Shown here one piece after another: positions 49,889 to 52,303 of a stretch of 52,303 nt of DNA. The notes below the pieces were generated by a model. It did not search any database and was not told the origin of the DNA. It was given only the letters and a program-made list of their open reading frames with translations. Every line of letters begins with the position of its first letter. Within the stretch, counting starts at the first letter, position 1. Made by a program: the position numbers and the translations under genes. The stretch is from an uncultured Candidatus Micrarchaeota archaeon (GTDB taxonomy: Archaea; Micrarchaeota; Micrarchaeia; Anstonellales; Anstonellaceae), in contig CAIXYX010000139.1 in the NCBI GenBank assembly GCA_903923795.1, positions 1 to 52,303 on the forward strand, read 5' to 3'.

Positions 49889-50104
49889 TCATACTTTCTC
49901 GAGTGTTTGCATCAGGGCCGCGAGCCTTTTGGCCGTGTATTCGGCCACCTTCTTTTTTTGGGGGGAAAGAGCGGGGAGAATGACATTGACGATGCTGCCC
50001 TTCGCGCCGGCTTTCACTCCTCTTTTGGTGATTGCCTCGAGTTGGGTGCGAAAGACCGGGATGGCGGCCTTTGCTGCGCACTGAGAGGCAAATTCGAATT
50101 CCAT
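49889..50104 (-). CDS. Pcc1-like KEOPS subunit (tentative)
   Basis: 71-aa ORF abutting the Brix gene stop and lying upstream of prefoldin beta, which is the conserved archaeal gene order. The sequence resemblance (EFEFASQ..AKAA...) is weak. Confidence 0.45.
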   Translation of the reverse strand: MEFEFASQCAAKAAIPVFRTQLEAITKRGVKAGAKGSIVNVILPALSPQKKKVAEYTAKRLAALMQTLEKV

Positions 50105-50653
50105 CTATTCCACCCACTCGCATTGCATTTCGAGCAAAATCTCTTTGTCGAATTTTATTTCGAGAGCCGGCGTTTCCAAAAGTTTGCCCTTGCTCTTGGA
50201 TTTCGGCTTCACTAACTCCAATTTCAATTCGGCCGGCTCGTCCATGAATTCGGCGAGCGGATGGTTGTCGAGGCCCAGGAAAGAGCAAAACGCCTTCGCC
50301 TCGCCGAGCGCGGAATAGATGTATGGGTCTTCGCCGAGTTCGGAGCGGATTTTGGCGCGGTTGAGTTTTATTTTTTTTACCATCAGCCGCTGTTCGCTCC
50401 AGGCCCAACGAATTGCGCCATCCTCGCCCGTCTCCAGATGGCGGGAGCGCAATGAGAAGCAGTGATTCTCGCCGTCGTCGCATACCATCATCACCACAAG
50501 CGTTTTCTCCCCTTTACGCGCAGCAAGGATTTCCAGCCTCGAGAGGCTCCGCTCGCCGCGGGGGATGAATTCCGCGCCGGGCAGGGCATCTGCCAGAGCG
50601 CGGGCACTCTTCTTTAATTCAACAGGCGAATTCTTCGAGGTGGTGAGCCACAT
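50105..50653 (-). CDS. Brix-domain (Imp4-like) ribosome biogenesis protein
   Basis: MWLTTSKNSPVELKKSARALADALPGAEFIPRGERSL matches the archaeal Brix N-terminus. The ORF-track 5' extension is rejected. Confidence 0.75.
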   Translation of the reverse strand: MWLTTSKNSPVELKKSARALADALPGAEFIPRGERSLSRLEILAARKGEKTLVVMMVCDDGENHCFSLRSRHLETGEDGAIRWAWSEQRLMVKKIKLNRAKIRSELGEDPYIYSALGEAKAFCSFLGLDNHPLAEFMDEPAELKLELVKPKSKSKGKLLETPALEIKFDKEILLEMQCEWVE

Positions 50654-50894
50654 GGGCAATAGAAGGAAGGCGGGAGATAAAAGGCATATGGCCAGCACAT
50701 ATTTAACCTCCATCTGCAATATAATATAGATGAGCGCGACGCGCATTCGGACCAGCCCGAAGATATTGACCAAACTCCTTATTCCGTCAGCCATATTCTC
50801 CTCATTCTTCCTGCTTGGCTCGGAGAACACATATTCTTCGCCCGGCTCGCCACGAGCCGTTTCCATTTATAAGAATTCGCCACATGAATGCGCC

Positions 50895-52142
50895 ATGACT
50901 ACTTCGAAAGTGAAAACAATTGAAGAGCAGCTAGGCATAAACCACGGAATAGTTCCATCCAAAAGAAATAATCTGGCATATAAACCAGTGAAAAACGAGA
51001 CTGAGAAAAAAGTCGTGCCGATAAAGACGAAGAATTTCGCCGAGCTCGTCTATTCGCTCCCGCTATACAAAGAGCTTACAGTGGCATTCGAAAAATATTA
51101 TGGCCAAAACATGGACATGCCGAAAGTCAAGAATTTTCTTTCATGGTTAAAAGAGAATGAAAACGAGCTCAAGGCCGGGATAATAAATGATGTAGAGAAC
51201 GGACGGATATATTTCAAGATGAAGGAAGGGGATGAGACCCAGTATATGCTTCATCTACTCGGTTTTGTGATAGGCGGCAGATACACGGCAGATCATTTCA
51301 GGCCGAAAGAGATGAAAAAAACGAGTCTGGTATATCCAAAGATGTTCAATGACGAGACGGGAACAATATCATACAACCCGAATGACCATTCTATAGATCT
51401 TAGCCAGCGGCTAGTTGCCGAGAGCGAACCGTGCGGCAATCTCTCAGATGGCATACGGCATTTCATAAAAGCATTCAACCTCGGAATCCACGAGCACGCA
51501 CACGCCCTGAATAACATGTATACCAGACCAAAAAATAGAGGGGACGAACCGATCCTGTCTCTTTCGGAGATTTCTGCGTATTACGCCCAGACAGAGCTGG
51601 GGTTGCCGCTTAAATCAGACGAGATAATCAATGCAGGTTATGCGAATCGCGATCCCCTGCACACATTGAACGAGATCATATCTGAACGGCTCGAGGTATA
51701 CTCGAAAAACGGCGAAAAACCAAAAAACACGGATGAGAGCATCAGGAACTGGATGGAGTATGAGTACCTAGATTTCTTCGTCGGTCCGTGGATAAAAAAA
51801 TCTTGTGGAGAAAAATTCAATATCCTTGATTACCCGCATAAGGACCAGGGCCTAAGCCTTGGGGAATTATTCATAATTGTCAATCTCCAAAAACCGCTCA
51901 ATATGAGCAAGCTCTTGCGAGACATGGGCATTGCTGAAGACGGGGCAGTCGGCAAGAATGTGGCGGGGGCCATTCGAGAACTATTAAAAATCCGCAGAGA
52001 GAAGGGGGACAACGTATTCACTAGACAGGAGTTCCTAAATTCCATGAGAAACGCCCTGACAAAACAATTCAAATGTGATCCGGCATCCGAGAGCATACCG
52101 GACGATTATGTTCTTCTCGATACACGAAAAAGAGGTGGTTAG
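50895..52142 (+). CDS. Hypothetical protein with HExxH zinc-metallopeptidase motif
   Basis: FNLGIHEHAHALNN carries HEHAH, with Glu candidates 19-25 residues downstream. TATA ATTTATAAG lies ~26 nt before ATG 50895. The gene is clearly AT-richer than the rest of the window. Confidence 0.6.
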   Translation: MTTSKVKTIEEQLGINHGIVPSKRNNLAYKPVKNETEKKVVPIKTKNFAELVYSLPLYKELTVAFEKYYGQNMDMPKVKNFLSWLKENENELKAGIINDVENGRIYFKMKEGDETQYMLHLLGFVIGGRYTADHFRPKEMKKTSLVYPKMFNDETGTISYNPNDHSIDLSQRLVAESEPCGNLSDGIRHFIKAFNLGIHEHAHALNNMYTRPKNRGDEPILSLSEISAYYAQTELGLPLKSDEIINAGYANRDPLHTLNEIISERLEVYSKNGEKPKNTDESIRNWMEYEYLDFFVGPWIKKSCGEKFNILDYPHKDQGLSLGELFIIVNLQKPLNMSKLLRDMGIAEDGAVGKNVAGAIRELLKIRREKGDNVFTRQEFLNSMRNALTKQFKCDPASESIPDDYVLLDTRKRGG

Positions 52143-52303
52143 ATGTTCGTAATGCAAACATACAAACAACAAGGGCAGAATCAGACCGAAGCGCAGAAAC
52201 AAAGAGCAATGGGCGTGTAAATCTTCATGGTGCGGATTCGGCCTAACGAAAAAAGCTGAGCCACCGCCGACTCGCGACGTGAACCGCGATAGCGGAACTG
52301 ACA

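Noticed and set aside
50654-50894. The 5' extensions of the Brix ORF (to 50866) and of the HExxH ORF (from 50730), which overlap each other.
   Set aside because: Both extensions translate to implausible peptides. The Brix family N-terminus (MWLTTSK) and a TATA box at -26 define the shorter starts at 50653 and 50895.
52143-52303. A possible tRNA or small RNA at the window end (GGTGGCTCAGC-like string on the minus strand, CGCG...CGCG hairpin).
   Set aside because: No complementary D-stem, T-arm or acceptor pairing could be built. The region is also truncated by the window edge.

Overview
Archaeal chromosomal segment. Markers are TFB, RadA, aRF1 with NIKS and GGQ motifs, archaeal-type LeuRS, prefoldin beta, a Brix/Pcc1 pair, a Methanococcus-type S-layer protein and a class III signal-peptide pilin. 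The DNA is GC-rich. Some genes look leaderless (TATA box about 25 nt before the ATG) and others have GGAGG-like Shine-Dalgarno sites. Most of the window is housekeeping: translation, purine synthesis, glycogen metabolism, sugar-nucleotide metabolism and an ABC-2 exporter. Five things stand out. (1) A compact four-gene operon (17.9-24.4 kb) encodes a VirB2-like hairpin pilin candidate, a second small hairpin protein, a large VirB6-like polytopic protein and a VirB3/VirB4-type ATPase. It has no relaxase, coupling protein or integrase, so it resembles a chromosomal Ced/Ted-like conjugation-derived machine. (2) An 8.5-kb gene encodes a secreted S8 subtilase followed by about 21 tandem Cys-containing FN3-like repeats and two PEGA domains. 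(3) A stable-RNA island holds a tRNA-Met(CAU) with a 157-nt intron and a small RNase P RNA, transcribed divergently from one AT-rich spacer. (4) tRNA-Thr(GGU) is followed by two orphan tRNA-Thr 3' fragments. (5) Four copies of a polypyrimidine/polypurine hairpin module sit at these RNA genes, and its three tracts co-vary as expected for an intramolecular triple helix. No CRISPR array, rRNA gene or clear transposase was seen. All calls come from reading motifs by eye. RNA ends and start codons may be off by a few nt or codons, and no database search was run.
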